From assembly GCA_040256005.1 (NCBI GenBank), contig JBDZWC010000005.1, forward strand, positions 1 to 50,250: a DNA stretch of 50,250 nt, given 5' to 3'. The notes under the pieces are model-generated. The model worked only from the letters and a program-made list of their open reading frames with translations. It made no database searches and was not told the DNA's origin. The position numbers and the translations under genes are program-made. The DNA is from Deinococcaceae bacterium (GTDB taxonomy: Bacteria; Deinococcota; Deinococci; Deinococcales; Trueperaceae). This document shows, piece after piece, positions 10,187 to 19,504 of the stretch; the first letter of the stretch is position 1; each line of letters starts with the position of its first letter.

Positions 10187-10705
10187 ATGCCGCCGCGCGC
10201 GCCTGGCAGGACGTCAACCGGGCGCGCGCGGCTCTGCGCGCTACTCGCCGCGGCGTGCCTGAGCCTGGGCACCTCCGCCTGGGCCCTCGCGGCAGGAGGA
10301 ACTGAGCCGTACCTGCAGGTGACGACGCGCGCCGGCGAGGTGCTGGTAGACGTCCCTCTGCCTGACTCCCTGACCTGGACCATCGAGTGGCGCCACTCGG
10401 TCGCGCAAGTGACCGTCCTCGACCGGTTCGCTTACAGGGACGGCGTCATGTACGTGACAGGGCAGGTGTCGCCGTACCTGGACATCGCCGGCTTGGGGGG
10501 CTACGCCGGGCGGGGCGAGATGACTCAGCTGCCCGACGGCAGGTACCAGCTCTCGGACCTGGACCTTCCGCTCTACGGGAACGTCCACAACTTCATCATC
10601 GGCACGGAGCGCGCTCCCACCGTCCTCGTCGTCGGGGACCAGCGCTTCGCGCTCACCCCAAACCATGCGGGTGAGCACGCCCGCATCGAGGTGATCTTCA
10701 GGTGA
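10187..10705 (+). CDS. DUF1850-like protein (TAXI-TRAP associated)
   Basis: WTIEWRHSV motif; position between TAXI SBP and fused permease. Confidence 0.7.
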   Translation: MPPRAPGRTSTGRARLCALLAAACLSLGTSAWALAAGGTEPYLQVTTRAGEVLVDVPLPDSLTWTIEWRHSVAQVTVLDRFAYRDGVMYVTGQVSPYLDIAGLGGYAGRGEMTQLPDGRYQLSDLDLPLYGNVHNFIIGTERAPTVLVVGDQRFALTPNHAGEHARIEVIFR

Positions 10706-12795
10706 CCGACGGAAGCCCGATCCCAGCGAACCCCGACGCTGTGGAACACCGCGGCGTGCCCATGCTGGCCTGGGTGGCGGTAGTGGTCACGGTCCTGGCC
10801 GTGGCGCTGGGAGCGTTCCAGCTGTACACGGCCGGTTTCCGCCCGTTCAACCTGTTCGTACAGCGCGGCTTCCACCTCATGGTCGTGCTGGTCATCACCT
10901 TCCTGGCGTTCCCGTTCAGGAAGCGCGAGCGACAGGCGCTCGACTGGGCGGTTGACGGGCTCTTCATCGCCGCGTCCGCCTACATCGGGTTGTACCTACT
11001 CATCGACCTCAACGGCATCATCGGCCGGTCCGGCTTCTTCATCCAGCGCGACATCGTGGCCGGCGTCATCGCGGTTCTGGTCGTGCTGGAGGCGGCCCGG
11101 CGCACGATCGGCTGGTCGATAACGCTCGTCGCCATCGTGGCGCTCCTCTACGCCATGGCCGGCCCGCGGGGCGCTCTGCCCTGGTTGGGCGAGCTGCTGC
11201 CCGGCATCCTGGCTCACCGCGGCTACTCTTTCGACCGCATCATCGGGCACCTCTACCTGGGCCAGGAGGGGATCCTCGGCCTGCCTCTCGGCGTGGCGGC
11301 CACGGTGGTGTTCACGTTCATCCTCTTCGGCGCCTTCCTCGAGTCGACCGGCGCCGGCAAGACGTTCATGGACATGGCCTACGCGGTGGCCGGCAGGCAG
11401 CGCGGCGGGCCGGCTAAGGCGGCGGTAGTCGCCTCCGGCTTCATGGGCTCGGTGTCAGGCAGCGCCATCGCGAACGTCGTGACGACCGGCGCGTTCTCGA
11501 TCCCGCTCATGAAGCGTCTCGGCTATCGCCCCGAAGAGGCGGGCGGCGTGGAGGCAGCGGCGTCCACGGGAGGACAGATCCTGCCGCCCGTGATGGGAGC
11601 GGGCGCCTTCCTGATGGCCGAGTACACCGGCGTGCCGTACGCGGAGATCGTGCGCATCTCGGTCCTGCCCGCGATCATGTACTTCGCCACGGTCTACCTC
11701 TTCGTGGACCTGATCGCCCTCAAGCGGGGCATGCGCGGCATCCCGCGGTCCGAGCTGCCGCGGGTGCGTGACGTGCTGCGGGAGGGCTGGTACTACCTGG
11801 TGCCGCTGGCGGTGCTCATCTACTTCCTGATGATCAACGTCTCGCCCAACCGTGTGGGCTTCATCGCGATCGTCACGATCCTGGGGGTCGCGGCGCTGCG
11901 CTGGGCGGTGCGGCGCTTCTGGCTCAGACCGGCACCCGCGCGCAGCCAAGGCGGTGCTGTGCTCGCGCCCGCTATGCAAGAGCAGACGGCTTCGCGGGAC
12001 GCGATCCTGGGCTTCCGCGGCTTCATCGACGCCTTCCGGGTCGGTGCCTTGAACGCCGTGCCGGTGAGCGTCGCCTGCGCGGTGGCGGGCATCGTGGTGG
12101 GCATCATCACGCTGACGGGCCTGGGCCTGAAGTTCTCCGCGCTCATGCTCGCCTTCTCCGGCGGGAACCTGCTCATCGCCATCGTGCTGATCATCCTCGC
12201 CAGCCTCGTGCTCGGCATGGGTCTGCCGGTGACGGCGAGCTACATCGTCCTGGCGGTGCTCGCCGCCCCATTGCTGCAGAACGAGTTCGGCATACCGCTT
12301 CTGATCGCCCACCTACTGATCTTCTGGTACTCGCAGGACTCCAACGTCACACCGCCAGTTGCCCTGGCGGCGTTCGCGGGCGCCGGCATCGCGAGGGCCG
12401 ATCCCATGCGGACGGCGTTCCAAGCTTGGAAGATGGCCAAGGGACTGTACTTGATCCCGCTGTTCATGGTGTACAACCCCGAGCTGATCTACGGCGGCGA
12501 GACCTGGTACTACCTCTGGACCATCCTCGTCGGGTTCGTCTCACTGGCCGCGTTCGCGGCGGCCTTGGAAGGCTACATGTTCACGCGCATGGCCTGGTAC
12601 TCGCGCGTTCTCGCGGGGGCAGGCCTGGTCCTGATCTTCTATCCGTCTTTCACCTACGAGGTGATCGGCATGGCCCTGATGCTCGTCGTTCTGGGGATCA
12701 ACCTGGTGCGGCGGCGCGCGCAGGTCAGGGCCGAGACGGTCGAAAGGGCCGAGACGGTCGAAAGGGCCGAACCTCCCGAGCCGGCCGCGACCTAG
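10702..12795 (+). CDS. TRAP transporter 4TM/12TM fused permease
   Basis: GGPAKAAVVAS, SGSAIANVVTTG, EAAASTGGQILPPVMGAGAFLMAE, TPPVALAAF; many TM segments. Confidence 0.94.
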   Translation: MTDGSPIPANPDAVEHRGVPMLAWVAVVVTVLAVALGAFQLYTAGFRPFNLFVQRGFHLMVVLVITFLAFPFRKRERQALDWAVDGLFIAASAYIGLYLLIDLNGIIGRSGFFIQRDIVAGVIAVLVVLEAARRTIGWSITLVAIVALLYAMAGPRGALPWLGELLPGILAHRGYSFDRIIGHLYLGQEGILGLPLGVAATVVFTFILFGAFLESTGAGKTFMDMAYAVAGRQRGGPAKAAVVASGFMGSVSGSAIANVVTTGAFSIPLMKRLGYRPEEAGGVEAAASTGGQILPPVMGAGAFLMAEYTGVPYAEIVRISVLPAIMYFATVYLFVDLIALKRGMRGIPRSELPRVRDVLREGWYYLVPLAVLIYFLMINVSPNRVGFIAIVTILGVAALRWAVRRFWLRPAPARSQGGAVLAPAMQEQTASRDAILGFRGFIDAFRVGALNAVPVSVACAVAGIVVGIITLTGLGLKFSALMLAFSGGNLLIAIVLIILASLVLGMGLPVTASYIVLAVLAAPLLQNEFGIPLLIAHLLIFWYSQDSNVTPPVALAAFAGAGIARADPMRTAFQAWKMAKGLYLIPLFMVYNPELIYGGETWYYLWTILVGFVSLAAFAAALEGYMFTRMAWYSRVLAGAGLVLIFYPSFTYEVIGMALMLVVLGINLVRRRAQVRAETVERAETVERAEPPEPAAT
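12727..12770 (+). repeat. 18-bp tandem repeat (~2.4 copies) encoding RAETVE at the TRAP permease C-terminus
   Basis: agggccgagacggtcgaa x2 + agggccga. Confidence 0.85.
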
Positions 12796-12851
12796 ACCCT
12801 CACGAACGGCAGCGCCCGGCGGTCGAGCGGGTCAACGGTCAGACGTACACG

Positions 12852-13796
12852 TCAGGGCGAAACGAACTCAGGCACCAGCGACGCGTCGAACTCGCGCCCC
12901 AGCACCGCGAGGGCACGGTCCGGCCGGTCCGTGATGATGCCGTCCACACCCATGTCGACGAGGTCACGCATCGTCCCCTCGTCGTTGATCGTCCACACGT
13001 GAACGTCCACGCCACGCGCGTGAGCCGCCTCCACGAAGTGAGGCGTGACGACGGTGATACCGGAGAACGTCATGGGAACCTGCATGGCGTCGTACGGCGG
13101 CGTGAGCACGGCCGCCAGGCGCAGCTTCTCGAGGGCCACGAAGAACGCGACCTCGTTCTGGGACGCCGATGTCGCCACGGCCGGACACGCCTTCCTGAAC
13201 GCGCCCAGCGGCCGCCCGTGGAAGGAGCCCACCATGACGCGCTCGGTGGTCCCGGCCTGGACGAGGTAGTCGCACAGGCGCTCGGCCACGCCCACGTCGT
13301 CCTGCTTGATCTCGACGTTCACCGCCGTGTCGGGGAACGCGCTGAGGACCTCGCCCAGCGTCGGCAGCGTGGCCCCCGCGCCCCGGTAGGGGTACGCGTC
13401 GTCGCCTTGACCTCCGCGCGGCCCCTCGGCGGTCCAGTAGTGGCCGGCGTCCAGCCTGCGCAGCTCGGGCATCGTCATCTCGGAGACGGCGCCGCTGCCG
13501 TCCGTAGTGCGGTCGACGGTGTCGTCATGGATCACCACGAACTCGCCGTCGAGCGTCTCGTGGACGTCGAGCTCCAGCACGTCGACACCCAGCCGGGCGG
13601 CCCCATCGAACGCCATCATCGTGTTGTCCGGCCACAACAGGCTGCCTCCTGCGTGCGCCAGGACACCGACCTGACCTGGGTCGGGCAGCAGCGTGTCGTA
13701 AGCGTGGACCGGGCGTGGGCTGGCCAGGGCTGCCAACAGCAGGTAGAGGCCCACCAGCACGACGGCCACGATGGCGAGTCCGCGTAGGAAGCGCAT
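12852..13796 (-). CDS. Glycerophosphodiester phosphodiesterase family protein
   Basis: AHAGG...PDNT, LELDVH...VVIHD.TVDRTTDG, NVEIK, HVWTIND, GVDGIITDRPD; start moved to ATG 13796 (N-terminal TM, TACCTT-N6 upstream). Confidence 0.88.
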   Translation of the reverse strand: MRFLRGLAIVAVVLVGLYLLLAALASPRPVHAYDTLLPDPGQVGVLAHAGGSLLWPDNTMMAFDGAARLGVDVLELDVHETLDGEFVVIHDDTVDRTTDGSGAVSEMTMPELRRLDAGHYWTAEGPRGGQGDDAYPYRGAGATLPTLGEVLSAFPDTAVNVEIKQDDVGVAERLCDYLVQAGTTERVMVGSFHGRPLGAFRKACPAVATSASQNEVAFFVALEKLRLAAVLTPPYDAMQVPMTFSGITVVTPHFVEAAHARGVDVHVWTINDEGTMRDLVDMGVDGIITDRPDRALAVLGREFDASLVPEFVSP

Positions 13797-13916
13797 GGAC
13801 GTAAGGTACCGCAAGGACCGTATATCATCGCCAGCGAAACCCTTGGTGCAGCCGCGTTCGCGGGCACGGGTGGCGGGCAGGGAACCAGGGCTCGCCTCGA
13901 TGGGAGGATCACGGGG

Positions 13917-14912
13917 ATGTCGAAAGTACGTCGTCTCTTCTTCGCTGCCCTGATAGGTGTAGCGCTGACACCTCAGGCGTTCGCCCAGTCGGACGAGCTG
14001 CCCGTCGTCAACGCCGCCATGGAGGCAGTGGGCACCTTCTCCTGGATCGTCCACGCCATGGACTACTTCGGCACGGACACCGCGAACGGCATCGATGTCG
14101 TCGGCACCTCTTACGCCAGCAAACAAGCCACCGAGATCGCGCTGCGCAGCGGCGAAGCGGACGTCAAGGTGGACGACTTCCTGGCTCCGGTGCTGTTGCG
14201 CCAGGCCGGGATACAGGCGAGCGGCATCTACCCGTACGCCACGGCGGTGGGTGGCCTGATGGTCCCGGCGGACTCCGAGATCCAGGGGATACAGGACCTC
14301 GACGGCAAGACCATCGCCGCCGGGGCCCTGCGCGACAAGAGCATCCTGATCCTGCGCACGCTGACGATCTCCGAGTACGGGTTCGACGTGGGCGACAGCC
14401 AGGTGGTGCAAGCCGCCCCGCCGCTGATGATGGAGCTGACCGCCTCCGGCGAGGTGGACGCCTCACTGCCGTTGTGGCACTGGGTCGCCCGCATGGAGGC
14501 CGCCGGGGTGGCGCGCGAGATCATGAGCGTCGCGGACATGCTGGAGCAGCTCGGCCTGCCTCGCAACCTGCCGAACCTGGTGATCGTGGCGCGCGACGAC
14601 ATGCCAGACGAGCTCAAGACCGCGTTCATCGCCACGTTGCAGGACACGTTCGAGACCATGCTCGCCACACCGACTGACGACCCGTTCTGGCAGACGATCC
14701 TCGACGAGGAGCTCTACTCGCTGCCCGACCCCAGCCAGTTCCCCCAGGTCGTGGAGCGCTGGAAGGCCGGCACGACCGACGAGTGGAACCAGGAGACGAT
14801 AGACGGCCTCGTCGACATGGTCGAACGTCTGGTGGAGCTCGCTGGTCCCGAGGCGGTGGGCGTGGAGAGCATCGACCCGGCCGCATACACCACAGAGTTC
14901 CTGCCTCGCTGA
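13917..14912 (+). CDS. pqqT: ABC substrate-binding protein, SsuA/NMT1-like, PqqT-like (candidate PQQ-binding)
   Basis: Signal peptide; GTFSW, DTANG, PYATAVGGLMVP, DKSILIL, APPL, GEVDA..W..VARMEAAG match my recollection of Methylorubrum PqqT; adjacent to PQQ dehydrogenases. Confidence 0.7.
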   Translation: MSKVRRLFFAALIGVALTPQAFAQSDELPVVNAAMEAVGTFSWIVHAMDYFGTDTANGIDVVGTSYASKQATEIALRSGEADVKVDDFLAPVLLRQAGIQASGIYPYATAVGGLMVPADSEIQGIQDLDGKTIAAGALRDKSILILRTLTISEYGFDVGDSQVVQAAPPLMMELTASGEVDASLPLWHWVARMEAAGVAREIMSVADMLEQLGLPRNLPNLVIVARDDMPDELKTAFIATLQDTFETMLATPTDDPFWQTILDEELYSLPDPSQFPQVVERWKAGTTDEWNQETIDGLVDMVERLVELAGPEAVGVESIDPAAYTTEFLPR

Positions 14913-14926
14913 GGTAGCTTCAGCGC

Positions 14927-15753
14927 ATGGCGGTAGAGGCCCACGACACGTCTCGGTCCGCCATGCGCTCCGGTGCGAAGGTGCGGCGAGAGGGAGGCGT
15001 CGGCGTCGCCCTGACGTTCGTCTCCTACCTCTCGCTGCTCGTCCTGTGGATCGTCGCGGCGCGACTACTCCCCAACCTCATCCCCGGCCCCGTCGAGACC
15101 CTCGAGTTCGTCGCGCGCGAGTACCGGCGCGGGGTGCTGCTGGGCCATCTGTGGATCACCACGCAGAGGGTCATCGTCGCGTTCGTCGTCGCCATGGTGG
15201 CAGGGGTAGCGATCGGGGCGGCCATGGGCGCCTCGAAACGGGTCGACGACCTGCTGCAGGGCTGGCTCGTCGTGCTACTCACGATCCCCCGCATCCTGCT
15301 CTTCGTCGTGGCCTACCTGACGCTCGGGCTCTCGGACACGGCGCTCGTGGTGGCACTCATCGTCACGATCATCCCCACCATCGTCGTCGCGATCCGCGAG
15401 GGCGCGAAGGCGATCGATCTTGCCCTGGTGGACATGGCGCGCGCCTTCCGCCGCTCCCGCACGGCCATCTGGCGGCACGTGGTGTTCCCGCAACTGCTCC
15501 CCTACGTCCTCGGCACCGCGCGCGGAGCGTTGGCGCTCTCGTGGAAGATGGTCGTGCTGGGTGAGCTTCTCGGCCGCACGTCCGGCGTGGGCTACCAGAT
15601 CTCCTTCTACTTCCAGTTCTTCAACATGACAGGCATCCTGGCCTACGGCGTGACGATGATGGTCCTCCTGGCCGTGGTCGACCTCGGTCTCATGGGCTGG
15701 CTCCAGCGCGCGGCGTTCAGATGGCGGGCCCCCGCCAGAACCAACGCGCTCGG

Positions 15754-15757
<4 letters not shown>
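14927..15757 (+). CDS. ABC permease, NitT/TauT family
   Basis: Multiple TMs; EAA-like loop DMARAF...HVVFPQLLP; WKMVVLGELLG..SGVG. Confidence 0.9.
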
Positions 15758-16539
<782 letters not shown>

Positions 16540-16699
16540 AGGTTCACCCGAATATCACCGATATATAATCTGCGCTAGACTCGATCCTGCCAACCCGGTC
16601 GCCCGGTCCTGTCAAGGGGCATACGTCCCTGGGACGCGGCGAAGGGTGGACGACAACGAACTCGTCGGCCAGCACGCCGACCTAGGAGGTAGGCCACTC

Positions 16700-17509
16700 G
16701 TGTCACCACGTACCAAGTCGCTGCGAAGGTTCGCTCAACTAGCCCTGGTAGTGACGATGGCGGTGTTCGCCTTCGCGAGCAGCAGTAGCTCGGACCTTTC
16801 GCTCCGCGAAGATGCCGATCTGGGCCAGATACTCGTCGATGGAGAAGGCAACACCGTGTACATCTTCCTGCCCGACGCTCAGGGGGACAGTACTTGCTAC
16901 GACGCCTGCGCACTGAACTGGCCGCCGGTGGCGGCCTCTGCCGAGCCGAGCGTCGGCGAGGGCCTCGACGCTGAACTGGTTGGCGCCGTCACGCGCACCG
17001 ACGGCATCGAGCAGCTCACCTACGGCGGTTGGCCCCTCTACACGTTCGTCCGCGACACCGAGCCCGGCCAAGCCAACGGTCAGGGCGCCAACGACGTCTG
17101 GTTCGTGCTCGACGTCCAGGGGATGGGCGTAGGGGTGCCGGAGACCGAGGAGGGTAGCGAGGAAGCCGAGGCTGACGACGCTGCCGACGGCGCCGAAGAG
17201 CCGGCCGGCGACCTCATGGCCGCCTACATGAAGGAAGGCGCTGCCGTCTTCGCGCGCATCTGCGCGGCCTGCCACGGCGCCAACGGCGACGAGTCCTTGG
17301 CCTCGCACGTAGCGATCCTCGCGAACAACTCTCGTCTACAGAACGGGCGCATGGTGGCGCACCGCGTCATCAACGGCGGCACCTACATGCCCTCTTTCGG
17401 CGACGTGCTCAGCGACCGCGAGGTCGCGGCGGTCGCCACGTTCGTGCGTAACTCGTTCGGCAACGAGTACGGGCTCGTTGGGGAGGAGGAGGCTGCGGCA
17501 TTGCGTTAG
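16700..17509 (+). CDS. Secreted COG4315 (Lipoprotein_15 repeat) domain + class I cytochrome c fusion (copy A)
   Basis: GGAGG RBS then GTG 16700; signal peptide; GNTVYIFLPD..STCYDACALNWPP and TYGGWPLYTFVRD repeats; acidic linker; CAACH and MPSF heme ligands. Confidence 0.82.
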   Translation: MSPRTKSLRRFAQLALVVTMAVFAFASSSSSDLSLREDADLGQILVDGEGNTVYIFLPDAQGDSTCYDACALNWPPVAASAEPSVGEGLDAELVGAVTRTDGIEQLTYGGWPLYTFVRDTEPGQANGQGANDVWFVLDVQGMGVGVPETEEGSEEAEADDAADGAEEPAGDLMAAYMKEGAAVFARICAACHGANGDESLASHVAILANNSRLQNGRMVAHRVINGGTYMPSFGDVLSDREVAAVATFVRNSFGNEYGLVGEEEAAALR

Positions 17510-17597
17510 GACGAGGTCAGTTCACTTGGTACCGACGGCTACGAACACTGATACGGGAGAGATAGGCTTCGAGCCTCACTACTTAGGAGAACGATTG

Positions 17598-19355
17598 ATG
17601 AAGTCCAACAGGCACTTCCGCGGCATGATCCTCGCTCTGGTGGCAGCGCTGGCCGGGATGGCCTTCGCCCAGACCGACGAGGACATGATCAACCCGCCGG
17701 CCGGCGAGTGGCCACAGTTCGGCCGCGACGCGACAGCCCACAGGTTCAGCCCCCTCGACCAGATCAACACCGAGAACGTGGCAGACCTGCAGCTGGCATG
17801 GGTCCGTGACCTCGGGTTCCGCCAGACGGTCCAGGGCACGCCTACGTTCTGGAACGGTCTCATGTACGTCTCCACGCAGACCGGCGTCATGGCGCTCGAT
17901 GGCACGAACGGCACCACCGTGTGGGAGTACAGCTCTCCCAACGAGGGTGAGGTCATCAGCGACTCGGCGCCTCGCGGCGGGCCGCTCGTCTACGACGGCA
18001 AGGTCTTCGCGAACCTGCGCTACGGCGCCACGGTGGCTCTCGACGCCGCCACGGGTGAGGAGATCTGGAAGGTCCAGGTCACCAACGAAGCGCTCAACGA
18101 GGGCTTCTCCACCAACCCCATCTGGGCCGACGGCAAGATCGTCACGGCTCCTACAGGCGCGGACTTCGGTGGCGCACCGGGCACCGTCCACGCTCTCAGC
18201 GCAGAGGACGGCGAGATCCTCTGGACGTTCAACATCGTCCCCACAGGGCCAGAAGACCCGGCGTGGGAGACCTGGAACAACCCACCCTCCTGGGAAGCGG
18301 GCATCGGTGGCGCCTCGGCATGGAACGCCGGCGCCTACGACCCAGAGTCCGGCATCATCGTGTGGGGCACCGGCCAGCCCACCCCGTGGGACCGCGTCGA
18401 CCCGCGCCGCGCCGACCCCGAGGGTGAGATCACCGACGACCTCTATACGGCGTCGTGGATCGCGCTCGACGCGGACACCGGCGAGCTCCAGTGGTACCGC
18501 CAGGCCGTGCCGGCCGACGAATGGGATTACGACCAGCACCAGGTGCCCACGTTCGCGACCGTCGATTGGAACGGCGAAGAACGGCGTGTGGCTATCATGG
18601 GCTCCTCGACCGGCTACATCTTCGTGGTCGACGCGAACACCGGCGAGTACCTGGCGAACCACCCGGCCTTCACCACTGTGACGGAGGGCGCCGAGTACAC
18701 GATCGTCCTGGGGTACGACGAGAACGGCCGCGGCATCATCAGCGATGAGGCGCGCCAGGCGAACCAGGACTTCGAAGAGACCTTCGAGTTCTACCCGATG
18801 TGCCCCGGCCTGCGCTGGGCCCACATCGCGCCGCCCGCTTACAGCCCGGAGACCGGCCTCTACTACCGTCCCAACAACACCGAGTGCCTCGACACCGGCG
18901 CCGCCACGCTCCCGGACGACTGGGAGCCTGGCCAGCGCGCTTGGTACAGCGAGAACGGCCCCGAGCGCCCCGAGCTGTGGTTCGACCGCGTCGGCGGACT
19001 GTCGGCGTTCGACCCGGTCACAGGTGAAGCCGTCTGGGAGTTCACCTACGACTACGGCTACGACGCAGGACCCGTGGCTACCGGCGGCGGACTGGTGTTC
19101 TCCGCCTTCACCGACCGCATGATCCGTGCCTTCGACGCTGCCACTGGTGAGGTGCTGTGGAGCCACATCCTCTCCACCGGCTCCAACGCCGGCACGATCA
19201 CGTACGAGGTAGACGGCGAGCAGTACGTCGCTGCGATGGTCGGCAAGACGTTCTACAGCTCGAACCCGTCGATCCCCGACTACAACCCCAACGTCGAGGG
19301 CCTCGTCGTGCCTCCCGCGGGCGGCGCCGCGATCTTCGTGTTCAAGCTGCCCTGA
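17598..19355 (+). CDS. PQQ-dependent beta-propeller dehydrogenase 1 (atypical active site)
   Basis: Signal peptide; RFSPLDQINTENVADLQLAW, W-docking repeats (ALDAATGEEIW, AFDAATGEVLW), DEWDYD, ITYEVDGEQYVA. Confidence 0.88.
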   Translation: MKSNRHFRGMILALVAALAGMAFAQTDEDMINPPAGEWPQFGRDATAHRFSPLDQINTENVADLQLAWVRDLGFRQTVQGTPTFWNGLMYVSTQTGVMALDGTNGTTVWEYSSPNEGEVISDSAPRGGPLVYDGKVFANLRYGATVALDAATGEEIWKVQVTNEALNEGFSTNPIWADGKIVTAPTGADFGGAPGTVHALSAEDGEILWTFNIVPTGPEDPAWETWNNPPSWEAGIGGASAWNAGAYDPESGIIVWGTGQPTPWDRVDPRRADPEGEITDDLYTASWIALDADTGELQWYRQAVPADEWDYDQHQVPTFATVDWNGEERRVAIMGSSTGYIFVVDANTGEYLANHPAFTTVTEGAEYTIVLGYDENGRGIISDEARQANQDFEETFEFYPMCPGLRWAHIAPPAYSPETGLYYRPNNTECLDTGAATLPDDWEPGQRAWYSENGPERPELWFDRVGGLSAFDPVTGEAVWEFTYDYGYDAGPVATGGGLVFSAFTDRMIRAFDAATGEVLWSHILSTGSNAGTITYEVDGEQYVAAMVGKTFYSSNPSIPDYNPNVEGLVVPPAGGAAIFVFKLP

Positions 19356-19392
19356 TCGCCGAGCGGGCCGAGCGCCTGCGCTGAAGCGAACA

Positions 19393-19433
19393 GAAGGGGA
19401 CCGGGAGTAAAGCCTCCCGGTCCCCTTCCCTTT
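19393..19433 (+). terminator. Intrinsic terminator or stabilising hairpin after dehydrogenase 1
   Basis: 15-bp perfect stem gaaggggaccgggag / ctcccggtccccttc, 6-nt loop, then ccttt. Confidence 0.8.
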
Positions 19434-19504
19434 GGTTGGCTTGCCCGGCTACCCTGCTTCATCGTCCCTGACGGCGGTAGCGTCTCAGCGGTAGAGTCGC
19501 GTGC

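Noticed and set aside
13797..14411. N-terminal extension of the GDPD ORF to 519 aa
   Set aside because: Antisense to the PqqT-like gene; real start is 13796
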